Shown here: positions 17,579-27,005 of the stretch, piece by piece
Layout of the letters: each line of letters starts with the position of its first letter
Position numbering within the stretch: the first letter of the stretch is position 1
Assembly: GCA_036676725.1 (NCBI GenBank)
Contig: JAKFCI010000209.1
Coordinates: 1 to 53,072 of the forward strand
Length of the DNA: 53,072 bases
Source: Chitinophagaceae bacterium
GTDB lineage: Bacteria > Bacteroidota > Bacteroidia > Chitinophagales > Chitinophagaceae
Direction of reading: 5' to 3'
The notes under the pieces: model-generated
What the model saw: only the letters and a program-made list of their open reading frames with translations
What the model was told of the DNA's origin: nothing
Database searches by the model: none
Translations under genes and position numbers: made by a program

Positions 17579-18589
17579 TCAAATAAGTGCAATGTGCCCA
17601 TATTCTTTTAGTAAGCCGTCGCTAACAAATTCAACATCACCACCATTATTCAAAACCTTCTCCATTGCATCATCAACAGCATCTTTTATGTAAATACCAT
17701 TATTCATATTGGTGGTATTTATTTCTCCTTTTTCATTTAAAAAAGCCGGTTGAGCAAAATTTCTTTCCACAATTAAAAGCTTTCCATGTTTTTTATTTGC
17801 AGCTGTAAAAACTTCATTTATTCCAAACCGGCACTTATTAGCAGATATTGCTTTTTGTAATTGAAATAAAATGTCTTTTTCTTTAATTTTTTGCCAATCG
17901 TTTAAATAAGGCCGCACAAGAATTTGTAATTGTGCTTTACAAGATGCGCTATAATTACCCGGGATGTATTCAATAACCTTATCGGCATTTTTCGATTGCC
18001 TTAAAAAATCTTCTTTAATTGTTTTTGTACAAACTAAAAACAATGGCAATGGGTAGGCTTTCAAAATAATGCTCAATCCATTATCTACCTGGCGAATGAA
18101 ATTAACTTCTGAAGTTTTGTTGCCATCAATTATTAAAGGCATTAAATTTTCACCGGTTCCCAAAAAAAGACGTTCCTGCTCATCTCCAATTACGAGCAAT
18201 AAATATTTTGGATGTAGTTGTTTATTTAAAACTATATCTCTTATTTCAAAAGATTTATCAACAATAACTTTTTCCTGTACAAGAATATCGAGGTAAAGAA
18301 TTTTTTCTTCACTTGCACCAACAAATAGGGCAATGCTTTTACGGTGCGTAGCGTAATCAATTGTTTTTACCAAAGTATCAAGCTTTTTTAAAATCAACCG
18401 GGTGGTGTAAGATGGATATTCATCCAACAATTGCTTTTCAGCCTTTTCAATTGACCTTTGAAGTTTTAATTCAAGAATTGATTTTTTTTCCATTTTTGGT
18501 TCGAAAGGCAAAATAATGGAAACACAAGGGCCTGTTGCAACAGGCATGATCAGGGATTGTTCTTTTGAATACAAGGCTGTCCGCATCAT
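17579..18589 (-). CDS. Second baeRF3-like (Balon-like) protein
   Basis: PCVSIILPF, SIALF, FIRQVD, G.LLIVE and DAVDD..EKVL..GGDVEFV..G.L..Y.HIALI motifs. Confidence 0.82.
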   Translation of the reverse strand: MMRTALYSKEQSLIMPVATGPCVSIILPFEPKMEKKSILELKLQRSIEKAEKQLLDEYPSYTTRLILKKLDTLVKTIDYATHRKSIALFVGASEEKILYLDILVQEKVIVDKSFEIRDIVLNKQLHPKYLLLVIGDEQERLFLGTGENLMPLIIDGNKTSEVNFIRQVDNGLSIILKAYPLPLFLVCTKTIKEDFLRQSKNADKVIEYIPGNYSASCKAQLQILVRPYLNDWQKIKEKDILFQLQKAISANKCRFGINEVFTAANKKHGKLLIVERNFAQPAFLNEKGEINTTNMNNGIYIKDAVDDAMEKVLNNGGDVEFVSDGLLKEYGHIALI

Positions 18590-18604
18590 AATTATTATTA
18601 TAAA

Positions 18605-18669
18605 TAAAATTATAATTGAAACTTTCCTATATAAATGATGGTGGTCAGCCTAATCAATGAAAACAATCA
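18605..18669 (-). promoter_or_regulatory. Tandem-box promoter H
   Basis: TGATGGTGGTCA 18636-18647 and TGAAAACAATCA 18658-18669; minus-strand -7 TAATTTTA ends at 18605. Confidence 0.8.
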
Positions 18670-18714
18670 TTATAAAAATGTTTTTCTTAATTAATAGTAA
18701 TGAAGAATATTTAC

Positions 18715-19560
18715 TTATGATTTATTATGTGCGATAAATAATGGCATTTGCAATTGTTGTAATAAATAATCAGCCATACTTGGCCTGAACAACCTTGATA
18801 TTCTACTCCTTCTATAAGCGCCCAACACGATGATCGGATCGTTTTTTTCGCGGTGCATGTTTTTAATTATTTCATCTTCGGGGACACCTTTAAGTACTAA
18901 AAATTGTGCTTTTGGATAATGTCTTTTAATAAATTCTTTCATCAATTTATTATCGGGCAAATGCATTGATTGGGCACCACCTTTTACACTGATAACAACA
19001 ATTTCAAAATTTTTCATTGATTCAAACAAGTAGCTAAAAGTTCTTATGGCGTGAACCGATGACGGTTCCCCATCATATAACAAAACAATTTTGTCAATCG
19101 GCTTATATGCAGGAGGAGCAATTATTACAGGGCATTGTACATCATTCAACAAATTTCTTATAAAGCTTGTAGGCACCGGTTCTTCGTAACGTGACAGCGT
19201 TTCTGTTTCGCTAATGATGACCAGGTCGGCATAAATTGATTCATGTAAAAGCTCCTGGATCGCAATATTTCGGTCCCTGTGAATGTTATAATTTATTCCT
19301 ACATCCTGGCAAGCTTTTTCAAATCTATCAATACTTTCATTTCTTTCTTCTTTGTCCTTATCGTTCATTTCGTCCAAGTGTTTTTCAAATTCAGCGCCTT
19401 CAAATTTTGAAATGTCTGCCAAACTGTAACTATGTCTCGTAAAGTCTTCTAAAAAAACACCTACCAAATGTGCATTTGCATGCTTTGCCAAAAAAATAGC
19501 ATAGTTCATGGTGCTTTCAGAAAAGTTTAACCCGTCAAATGCTGCAATAAACTTTTTCAT
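18715..19560 (-). CDS. Universal stress protein, two USP domains
   Basis: ADLVII..CPVII, YDG..SS..AI and VLGAY.RS..PLFIAH motifs. Confidence 0.88.
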   Translation of the reverse strand: MKKFIAAFDGLNFSESTMNYAIFLAKHANAHLVGVFLEDFTRHSYSLADISKFEGAEFEKHLDEMNDKDKEERNESIDRFEKACQDVGINYNIHRDRNIAIQELLHESIYADLVIISETETLSRYEEPVPTSFIRNLLNDVQCPVIIAPPAYKPIDKIVLLYDGEPSSVHAIRTFSYLFESMKNFEIVVISVKGGAQSMHLPDNKLMKEFIKRHYPKAQFLVLKGVPEDEIIKNMHREKNDPIIVLGAYRRSRISRLFRPSMADYLLQQLQMPLFIAHNKS

Positions 19561-19569
19561 TTTGCTTAA

Positions 19570-20400
19570 TTAATGGTGAGTAATAAATAAAGGAAGATCA
19601 ACCATGTGAATTAATACATCAGCGCTGCTTTTTTTAAAAAAGCTCGAAAGCATCGACCTTCCATATGCTCCGATTACAATCATTTTATTGGTTTTCATAA
19701 AAAAGTAAGTAAACAATTCATCTTTTACATTTCCAGTAAGGGAATGATGCGCAACCGAAGAATAATGGGCTCTTAACCATTGCATCATTCTGCGTAAGCT
19801 TTCATTTATTTCCTTTTGCCCAGTTTTATTTACTTCAAGCAGTAATACTTTTTTATTACTGAATTCGGGCAGCAGGTAAGTAAATTGTTTAATTGCAAAA
19901 ACAGCAGAAACACTTCCATCGTAGCAAAAAACAATTTCATCAATTTCTTCAACTTTTTGTGGGGCTAATAACACCGGACATTCGGCATTAGCAAGAATTT
20001 TTTTTACAAAAGGCGAAGGCATTTGTTCTTCACTTGGGTAATAACTATTGTCAGGGGTAACAATTAAAATATCTGCAAAGCGGCTTTCAAATAACACTTC
20101 TGCAAGTGGTTCACCCTTGTCGCGATATATTTCAGCTTGCACGCCTTTCTTTTCACATTGTTCTATAAAGATTTTAATGGCTCGTTCGGTATCTGCAGCA
20201 ATTGTTGCGGTATCATTTTGATTAATAGGGATAAAATAAGAGGGAGTATCAATACCGGCTGGCGGAATATAATCGAAATTGAGGTTTTCAATAAAGAGTC
20301 CTGTAAGTTTTGTTTGCGCTAATTGCGCCATTTTACATGCAAAATTTATTGATTCCAGGTTTGGCGACCTGGCATTTACAATGAGAAGTATCTTTTCCAT
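19570..20400 (-). CDS. Universal stress protein, two USP domains
   Basis: ADILIV..ECPVLL, YDGS.SA..AI and IGAYGRS..PLFITH motifs; paralog of the neighbouring gene. Confidence 0.88.
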   Translation of the reverse strand: MEKILLIVNARSPNLESINFACKMAQLAQTKLTGLFIENLNFDYIPPAGIDTPSYFIPINQNDTATIAADTERAIKIFIEQCEKKGVQAEIYRDKGEPLAEVLFESRFADILIVTPDNSYYPSEEQMPSPFVKKILANAECPVLLAPQKVEEIDEIVFCYDGSVSAVFAIKQFTYLLPEFSNKKVLLLEVNKTGQKEINESLRRMMQWLRAHYSSVAHHSLTGNVKDELFTYFFMKTNKMIVIGAYGRSMLSSFFKKSSADVLIHMVDLPLFITHH

Positions 20401-20413
20401 AAATCTCTTTTAC

Positions 20414-20478
20414 TAAAGCTATTTATAGAAAATACAAATTTCATTGACGGGCATTAGCAGGTATGCTGATTGTAGTCA
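20414..20478 (-). promoter_or_regulatory. Tandem-box promoter I (usp-usp)
   Basis: TGACGGGCATTA 20445-20456 and TGATTGTAGTCA 20467-20478; minus-strand -7 TAGCTTTA ends at 20414. Confidence 0.75.
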
Positions 20479-20513
20479 AAGTTGGCTAAACAGACTGTTT
20501 ACAAGTTGGCCTT

Positions 20514-22244
20514 TTACAAATTGCCCTTTTTTAGTTCTTCTACCGCATAGCTTGCCGCCCTTGCTGTTAAGGCCATGTATAAAAGAGAAGGGCTTTGATT
20601 GCCAGTGCTGGTCATGCAGGCGCCATCGGTAACAAAAACATTTTTGCATTCGTGCAGTTGGTTCCAGTTATTGAGTAAGGAGGTTTTAGGATCTTTCCCC
20701 ATACGGCATCCGCCCATTTCATGTATATCCAATCCGGGCGGCTGGTGATTATCGTGTTGATTTATATTTTTTATACCTGCTTTATCCAGCATTTCGGCAC
20801 TTTGGGTTAAAAAATCCTTGATCATTTTCTCATCATTATCATCATAACCCACCGACATGATCAATAAAGGAATTCCCCACTGATCTTTTTGATCCCCACT
20901 TAAGCGTACATGGTTCGATTCTTTGGGAATTGTTTCGCCCTGCATGTACATGTAAGTACGCCAGCCGCCAGGTTCGGAAAGTGCATCTTTATATTCACCT
21001 CCGATTGTTTCAGGCAATTTATCTTCGTTTACACCACCCCGGTATGCACCCATGAAAGTGGTGAAGCCACCAACAAAATCCATATCATTTTTATAAAGAT
21101 TCCTGTAATTAGCCAGTATGGGTTCAGTAGGATTTTTACCGTAATAATATTTATCCTCCAGTCCTTCTAATTCACCATTAACCGACGCCCGGTAATTATG
21201 ATGCGCAACATATTTCCCGAGCAAGCCATTATCATTACCTAAACCATTTGGAAAACGATTGGAAGTAGAATTTAACAATACAAGATTTGAATTCAATGCC
21301 GATGCATTTACAAATATGATGCGGGCATAATATTCAATTGCCTGGTGTGTTTTACTGTCGATTACCCGAACGCCAATTGCTTTTTTCTTTTGTTCATCAT
21401 AGATGATTGAATGAACAACTGAGTCAGGACGCACGGTAAGGTTGCCCGTATTTTTTGCCCACGGAAGTGTTGAAGAAACAGAACTAAAATAGCCCCCGTA
21501 AGGACACCCTCGCATACAAAGATTTCGTGCCTGGCATTTAGCTCTTCCCTGTTGCAAGTGTATATCCTGCGGCGCTGTAAGATGCGCCCAGCGGGCATGC
21601 ACCATATGCCGGTCTTTATAATGCGTTTTAATTGCTTTTTGAATTTGGGTTTCGCCGCAATTGAAATCAAATGGCGGTTGAAATTCGCCATCAGGCATTG
21701 CATCAATTCCATCCCTTGAACCACACACGCCAATAAATTTTTCCACGTGGGCATACCATGGTGCAATTTCCTCATAACTAATTGGCCATTCAATTCCATA
21801 ACCGTCTCGTGCCGGCCCTTTAAATTCAAATTGGCTCCAGCGCTGGCAAGCCCTACCCCAAGTTAAAGATTTACCACCGACCTGGTAACCGCGGATCCAA
21901 TCAAAAGGTTTTTCCTGTATATAGGGATGGTCTTTATCTTTTATAAAAAAATGAGCAGTATCAGCGCCAAAGCCCGCGGCCTTTGAGATCAAAGGGTTCT
22001 CTTGCAAAAATGCTTTTGTCATTTGTCCGCGGTGCTTGAATTCCCAGGGTTTTTTTGTTGCAGTTGGGTAATCTTTATTGTGTTCAACATTTCTTCCTCT
22101 TTCCAATACAAGCGTCTTCAAGCCTTTTTCACACAACTCTTTTGCAGCCCACCCTCCGCTAATGCCAGATCCAATAACAATGGCATCAAAACTATTTTGC
22201 TGCAGTCCCTTTGATGTGATATTTATATCTGTAGTATCCGGCAT
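20514..22244 (-). CDS. GMC family FAD oxidoreductase (glycoside 3-dehydrogenase-like)
   Basis: DAIVIGSGISGG, C..R..C..GC cluster and HEMGGCRMG. Start placed at MPDTT. Confidence 0.9.
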   Translation of the reverse strand: MPDTTDINITSKGLQQNSFDAIVIGSGISGGWAAKELCEKGLKTLVLERGRNVEHNKDYPTATKKPWEFKHRGQMTKAFLQENPLISKAAGFGADTAHFFIKDKDHPYIQEKPFDWIRGYQVGGKSLTWGRACQRWSQFEFKGPARDGYGIEWPISYEEIAPWYAHVEKFIGVCGSRDGIDAMPDGEFQPPFDFNCGETQIQKAIKTHYKDRHMVHARWAHLTAPQDIHLQQGRAKCQARNLCMRGCPYGGYFSSVSSTLPWAKNTGNLTVRPDSVVHSIIYDEQKKKAIGVRVIDSKTHQAIEYYARIIFVNASALNSNLVLLNSTSNRFPNGLGNDNGLLGKYVAHHNYRASVNGELEGLEDKYYYGKNPTEPILANYRNLYKNDMDFVGGFTTFMGAYRGGVNEDKLPETIGGEYKDALSEPGGWRTYMYMQGETIPKESNHVRLSGDQKDQWGIPLLIMSVGYDDNDEKMIKDFLTQSAEMLDKAGIKNINQHDNHQPPGLDIHEMGGCRMGKDPKTSLLNNWNQLHECKNVFVTDGACMTSTGNQSPSLLYMALTARAASYAVEELKKGNL

Positions 22245-22421
22245 ATAAAAAGAAAAGTTGATCAATAAAATTAATTCATTCCTATGAAAGACAAATTGAA
22301 CATCAAGGTACAATATGTTCAACGCCTTACCATTTTTTACCAATACATCAAAACAAATATCATTTTTTACATTGTTTCAAAATAGTTTTATTTTATACCC
22401 CACTTTTAGTTGTAAACGATT

Positions 22422-23513
22422 ATGCAGAAAATTAAAGTAGCCATTTTAGGTGCAGGTTTTATCAGCGATATTCATGTTGAAAGTTACCAACGTTTTGTGC
22501 CGGATGCAGAATTGGTAGCGGTTTACACAAGAAATTCAGAAAAAGCAAAAGCCTTTGCCGAAAAACACGGAATTAAAAATTGGTATGATGACCTGGATGA
22601 CATTATAAATAATTCTGGTTGCGATGTGGTGGATATTTGCCTGCCCAACTATTTACATGCAAATGCCACTTTAAAAGCGGCGGCTGCTGGTAAACATATC
22701 ATTATAGAAAAGCCATTAAGCGTTACACTTGAAGAGGCAGATGCTATGTTGGCTGCATGTAAAAAAGCAGGGGTTAAATTAATGTACGCCGAAGAATTAT
22801 GCTTCGCACCCAAATATGAAAGAGTACGACAAATGGTGAATGAAGGTGCAATCGGTGATATCTACATGCTAAAACAATCCGAAAAACATTCAGGACCGCA
22901 TTCAGATTGGTTTTATGATATTAACCTTGCAGGCGGTGGTGTACTGATGGATATGGGATGCCACGGTATTGGCTGGTTTCGTTGGATGTTGAAAAATTCA
23001 AAAGCGGTTTCCGTTTATGCAACCATGGCAACTGTTTATCATAAAGGCCGCACAAAGGGGGAAGACAATTCAGTGGTGATTATAGAATTTGAAAATGGTG
23101 TAACAGGCATTGTTGAAAACAGTTGGGCCAAACATGGTGGCATGGACGATAAATCTGAAGTTTATGGAACCGGCGGTGTGATATACGCAGATTTGTTTAT
23201 GGGCAATTCTTCCACAGCCTACAGCAAGAGCGGATATGGTTATGCGCTGGAAAAGGCAGATACCACTGTTGGCTGGACCTTTCCCATTTTTGAAGAAGCA
23301 TTTAACCAGGGATACCCGCATGAACTAAAACATTTTATTGAATGTGTGCAACAAAACAAAGAACCGTTGGTAACCGGTGAAGACGGACGTGCTGTATTGG
23401 AGATCATTTATGCAGCTTATGCGTCAGCAGGCAAAGGAAAAAAAATAAATCTCCCATTTGCTCCAAAAGTTTCAAAGCCTATCGATCTCTGGCTTTCACC
23501 AACAGACCTGTAA
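22422..23513 (+). CDS. Gfo/Idh/MocA family oxidoreductase
   Basis: GAGFIS, EKP and GGG.LMDMGCH motifs. Confidence 0.92.
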   Translation: MQKIKVAILGAGFISDIHVESYQRFVPDAELVAVYTRNSEKAKAFAEKHGIKNWYDDLDDIINNSGCDVVDICLPNYLHANATLKAAAAGKHIIIEKPLSVTLEEADAMLAACKKAGVKLMYAEELCFAPKYERVRQMVNEGAIGDIYMLKQSEKHSGPHSDWFYDINLAGGGVLMDMGCHGIGWFRWMLKNSKAVSVYATMATVYHKGRTKGEDNSVVIIEFENGVTGIVENSWAKHGGMDDKSEVYGTGGVIYADLFMGNSSTAYSKSGYGYALEKADTTVGWTFPIFEEAFNQGYPHELKHFIECVQQNKEPLVTGEDGRAVLEIIYAAYASAGKGKKINLPFAPKVSKPIDLWLSPTDL

Positions 23514-23519
23514 AACACT

Positions 23520-24371
23520 ATGAACAAGCAAACAATAATTGGCATCGACCTGGGTGGAACAAATATTCGTGGTGGGTGGGTAAATGATAATATTCTTTCC
23601 AACATCAAGCAAGAACGAATTGAATCTAAAAAATCTTTGGAAGAAGTATTGCAGCAATTGTTTAATCTGATTGATTCTTTAATGAATGAATCTGTAAAAG
23701 CAATTGGCATTGGTGTACCAGGGTTAGTAGATGCCATTACAGGAGATGTTTATGATGTTGTCCATATTCCTTCCTGGAAAGAAGTTCCATTGCAAAAAAT
23801 AATAAAGGAACGTTATAGCTTACAGGTTATCGTCAATAATGATGCGAATTGTTTTGCATTAGGCGAATTTTATTATGGAAAAGGCCAAGGTTGCAATTCG
23901 ATGGTTGGTCTTACAATCGGCACTGGCTTAGGCTCCGGGCTTATATTAAATCAAAAATTATATTCCGGCAGATATGGTGGCGCAGGCGAATTTGGTATGA
24001 TGGCTTACAATGACCATTGTTTTGAATTTTATGCAAGTGGCGAATTTTTTAAAAATGTTTATGGGCTTAATGGCGAAGAAGTTTTTAAAAAAGCAAATGC
24101 CGGTGATGCGGAAGCATTAAAAATGTACGACGAATTGGGTTTTCATCTTGGCAATGCAATCAAGGCCATTTTGTTTGCTTTGGATGTAGAGTTAATTATC
24201 TTGGGTGGCTCAGTAAGAAATGCTTTCCGATTTTTTGAAAATTCAATGTGGAAAAGCATCCAGCAATTTCCATACAAGCGCTCTGCACAAAATTTGAAAA
24301 TTGAAGTATCAGAACTTTCGAATAGTGGCCTTTTGGGAGCTGCCGCTTTGTATTTAGATCAACAGCATTAA
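23520..24371 (+). CDS. ROK family sugar kinase
   Basis: GIDLGGT, NDANC, GTGLG.G and AGEFG motifs. Confidence 0.92.
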   Translation: MNKQTIIGIDLGGTNIRGGWVNDNILSNIKQERIESKKSLEEVLQQLFNLIDSLMNESVKAIGIGVPGLVDAITGDVYDVVHIPSWKEVPLQKIIKERYSLQVIVNNDANCFALGEFYYGKGQGCNSMVGLTIGTGLGSGLILNQKLYSGRYGGAGEFGMMAYNDHCFEFYASGEFFKNVYGLNGEEVFKKANAGDAEALKMYDELGFHLGNAIKAILFALDVELIILGGSVRNAFRFFENSMWKSIQQFPYKRSAQNLKIEVSELSNSGLLGAAALYLDQQH

Positions 24372-24712
24372 AAATTTACACAAATCAATACTGGCTTTCT
24401 TTATAAAAAGCTTCTATAAACCTCATTCTAACTAATACTCCTAAACTTTCGTATAAAACTCACCTGTTAATGCCAGCGATGTACAACTTTACACTTGCAT
24501 TGCAGGTTCATTATTAATCGTGCATATGTAATTTTTGATCTTGTCTCCTGGCAAATAAGCCTCTTATGTCTTATACGAATATGTATTAGTGTAATTAAAA
24601 GAGCTGGTAAATAATAATGCAGGTTACAGAAACTATTAAATAATCATCTATTCATTCAGGTTATTCCTCTCTTCACTTCACTTGACTTTACCCTTTATAT
24701 CAAAGGCAAAAC

Positions 24713-24799
24713 TGATTTATTAAAAACACTAAACTAACAATAATCATATTTCAGCAGCATGAAGGTCAAATAAAGACAATCACCACGCTAATACTTTTG
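24713..24799 (+). promoter_or_regulatory. Tandem-box promoter J (three degenerate boxes)
   Basis: TGATTTATTAAA 24713, TAACAATAATCA 24735 and GCATGAAGGTCA 24757-24768, in 22-bp phase. Perfect -7 TACTTTTG ends at 24799. Confidence 0.65.
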
Positions 24800-24857
24800 T
24801 TCCAGAAAGTAAAAGACAACTGTTCCTCTTAAATTTCTTTAAATAAAATATTAAGTC

Positions 24858-25463
24858 ATGAAATCTCTAAAACAAGTAACCATCTTTTCATCAATGATGT
24901 TTTTGCTGATAGCTGTAAGTTCTTTTTCATTGAAAAATGGTGGAGACAATACAAAATTTCATTCATCTAATTTAAACATCTCTATCAAAGGCACTTCCAC
25001 CTTGCATGATTGGGAAATGAAGTCAGCTAAAGGTGTTTGTGAAGTAGTATTTACAATTGATAAAAATGACAAGATCAGTGGCCTTACCAATTTAGCTTTT
25101 ACTATGGATGCAAAAACCATCAAGAGCGAACACAAAATGATGGATAATAACACCTACAAAGCACTAAAAACAGACAAACATAAAAACATAAATTTTACAC
25201 TCACTTCAGGCACTGTAACACCTGTGGACGCTACAACCTATCGTGTGAAAGCAATTGGCAATTTAACCATTGCGGGATCAGCAAAAAAAGTTGAACTCGA
25301 TGCTGTTGCAAAATACAATGCTGCAGACAAAAGCTTCACCGTTAATGGTTCAAAAAATTTAAAAATGACTGACTTTAATGTAACCCCTCCTACCGTTATG
25401 ATGGGCGCCATTAAAACAGGCAATGATATAACTGTTGCATTTTCTACAAAAATTATCAGGTAA
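24858..25463 (+). CDS. YceI-like secreted lipid/polyisoprenoid-binding protein
   Basis: Signal peptide, GTSTLHDW, G.LTIAG and MTDF...PP motifs. Confidence 0.88.
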   Translation: MKSLKQVTIFSSMMFLLIAVSSFSLKNGGDNTKFHSSNLNISIKGTSTLHDWEMKSAKGVCEVVFTIDKNDKISGLTNLAFTMDAKTIKSEHKMMDNNTYKALKTDKHKNINFTLTSGTVTPVDATTYRVKAIGNLTIAGSAKKVELDAVAKYNAADKSFTVNGSKNLKMTDFNVTPPTVMMGAIKTGNDITVAFSTKIIR

Positions 25464-25499
25464 AAAACTAACTATTTATAAACTTTTAAATCAAAAACA

Positions 25500-26906
25500 A
25501 TGAAACGTCATCTTTTAAACACCATTACATTAGTTCTGATAATGTGTGTTTTACTACCACTAACTTCTATGGCGCAGGATAAAGAATTTTATTTGCGGCC
25601 ATCTTACTGGAAACCTTACGACCAAAGAGGAATCAATCTTTTTGAAACATCTAAAGCTGCAGATACAATAGCTTTTGAAGGTCTAAGAATTCGTTTCGGT
25701 GCAGGATTTACGCAACAATTTCAAAGTTTAACACACAAGAATACTGCATTAAATAACGACATGGCAACAATTACACTTCCTGATGGAAGCAAAAAAGTTG
25801 GAAATAAATTATACCCTCTGCAGGCAGGTTTTAATACAGCAATGGCTAATTTATTTACCGATGTTCAGTTGTCAGATGGCATTCGCTTAAACCTGACAAC
25901 TTACCTATCTACACGTCACCATAATGAAGCATGGGTAAAAGGTGGTTACATCCAGTTTGACAAGCTGCCATTTAATTCATCATTTTTTAATAAGCTAATG
26001 GAAGTAGCTACCATTAAAATTGGTCACATGGAAATCAATTATGGTGATGCACATTTCCGTCGTTCTGATGGTGGACAAACAATTCAAAATCCTTTTATGG
26101 AAAATTACATTGTTGATGCATTTGCTACAGAAATAGGTGGCGAAGTTTATCTTCAAAAAAATGGATTGTTTGGTATGTTGGGTGTTAGCAATGGTATGAT
26201 CAAAGGCCATGTTGATTCTGCTTACAAAACAGTTCAGGATGATAACATAAAAAGAAATCCATCAATTTACCTGAAAGGTGGTATTGATAAAAACTTTACT
26301 GAGAAATTAAGAGTACGCGTATCAGGTAGTTTTTACCACAATAGCAGCCAGGCTGGCAGTGGCTTAACTCTTTACAGTGGCGACAGGGCAGGTTCTAATT
26401 ATTGGATGGTGCTTGATGCAGAAAATTACCTAAACAGGGATAATGGCAAAATTGAAAAAAATACCTACGCAGCAGGATCAACTTCTGGACGTTTCAATCC
26501 TGGTTTTAGTAAAGAAATAAATGCAATTATGCTGAACGGATTTTTAAAAGCTGGTGGATTAGAACTTTTTGGCACCTATGAAACTGCAAAAGGAAGAACC
26601 AAAACTGAAGTTGCTAAAAGAGAAATGAATCAATTAGCAGGTGACGTGATCTATCGTTTTGGTAAAAACGAAAACCTTTATGTTGGTGGACGTTACAATA
26701 CAGTAAAATCTGAATTATTAGTTGCAGGCAATTTAAATGATGTAAAAATTAACCGTACTGCTTTAGCTGGTGGTTGGTTTGTAACTCGAAACGTGTTGAT
26801 GAAAGGTGAATACGTAATTCAGAAGTACAAAGATTTCCCAACAAGCGATATTCGTAATGGCGGCAAATTTAATGGATATGTAATTGAAGCAGTTGTTGGC
26901 TTCTAA
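25500..26906 (+). CDS. Putative outer-membrane beta-barrel protein
   Basis: Signal peptide, alternating beta strands and C-terminal EAVVGF. Confidence 0.75.
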   Translation: MKRHLLNTITLVLIMCVLLPLTSMAQDKEFYLRPSYWKPYDQRGINLFETSKAADTIAFEGLRIRFGAGFTQQFQSLTHKNTALNNDMATITLPDGSKKVGNKLYPLQAGFNTAMANLFTDVQLSDGIRLNLTTYLSTRHHNEAWVKGGYIQFDKLPFNSSFFNKLMEVATIKIGHMEINYGDAHFRRSDGGQTIQNPFMENYIVDAFATEIGGEVYLQKNGLFGMLGVSNGMIKGHVDSAYKTVQDDNIKRNPSIYLKGGIDKNFTEKLRVRVSGSFYHNSSQAGSGLTLYSGDRAGSNYWMVLDAENYLNRDNGKIEKNTYAAGSTSGRFNPGFSKEINAIMLNGFLKAGGLELFGTYETAKGRTKTEVAKREMNQLAGDVIYRFGKNENLYVGGRYNTVKSELLVAGNLNDVKINRTALAGGWFVTRNVLMKGEYVIQKYKDFPTSDIRNGGKFNGYVIEAVVGF

Positions 26907-26941
26907 AGGTTTATCGAAATATTTGTTAGCAGATAATTCCC

Positions 26942-26975
26942 AAGATGGACCGGTAAAAAGCCGGTCCATCTTATT
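26942..26975 (+). terminator. Strong hairpin inside the YceI operon
   Basis: Perfect 12-bp stem AAGATGGACCGG/CCGGTCCATCTT. Confidence 0.75.
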
Positions 26976-27005
26976 AAAATTCAGATTGAAGTAATTAACT
27001 TAAAA

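Noticed and set aside
20444-20632. 62-aa plus-strand ORF
   Set aside because: Overlaps promoter I and the antisense 3' end of the GMC gene.
24372-24712. Long AT-rich spacer as a possible ncRNA or small gene
   Set aside because: Only very short ORFs, with no convincing stem-loop or terminator.
5311-24768. Twin boxes as CRISPR repeats or transposon ends
   Set aside because: They are dispersed, degenerate and promoter-positioned; no array, cas gene or transposase is present.
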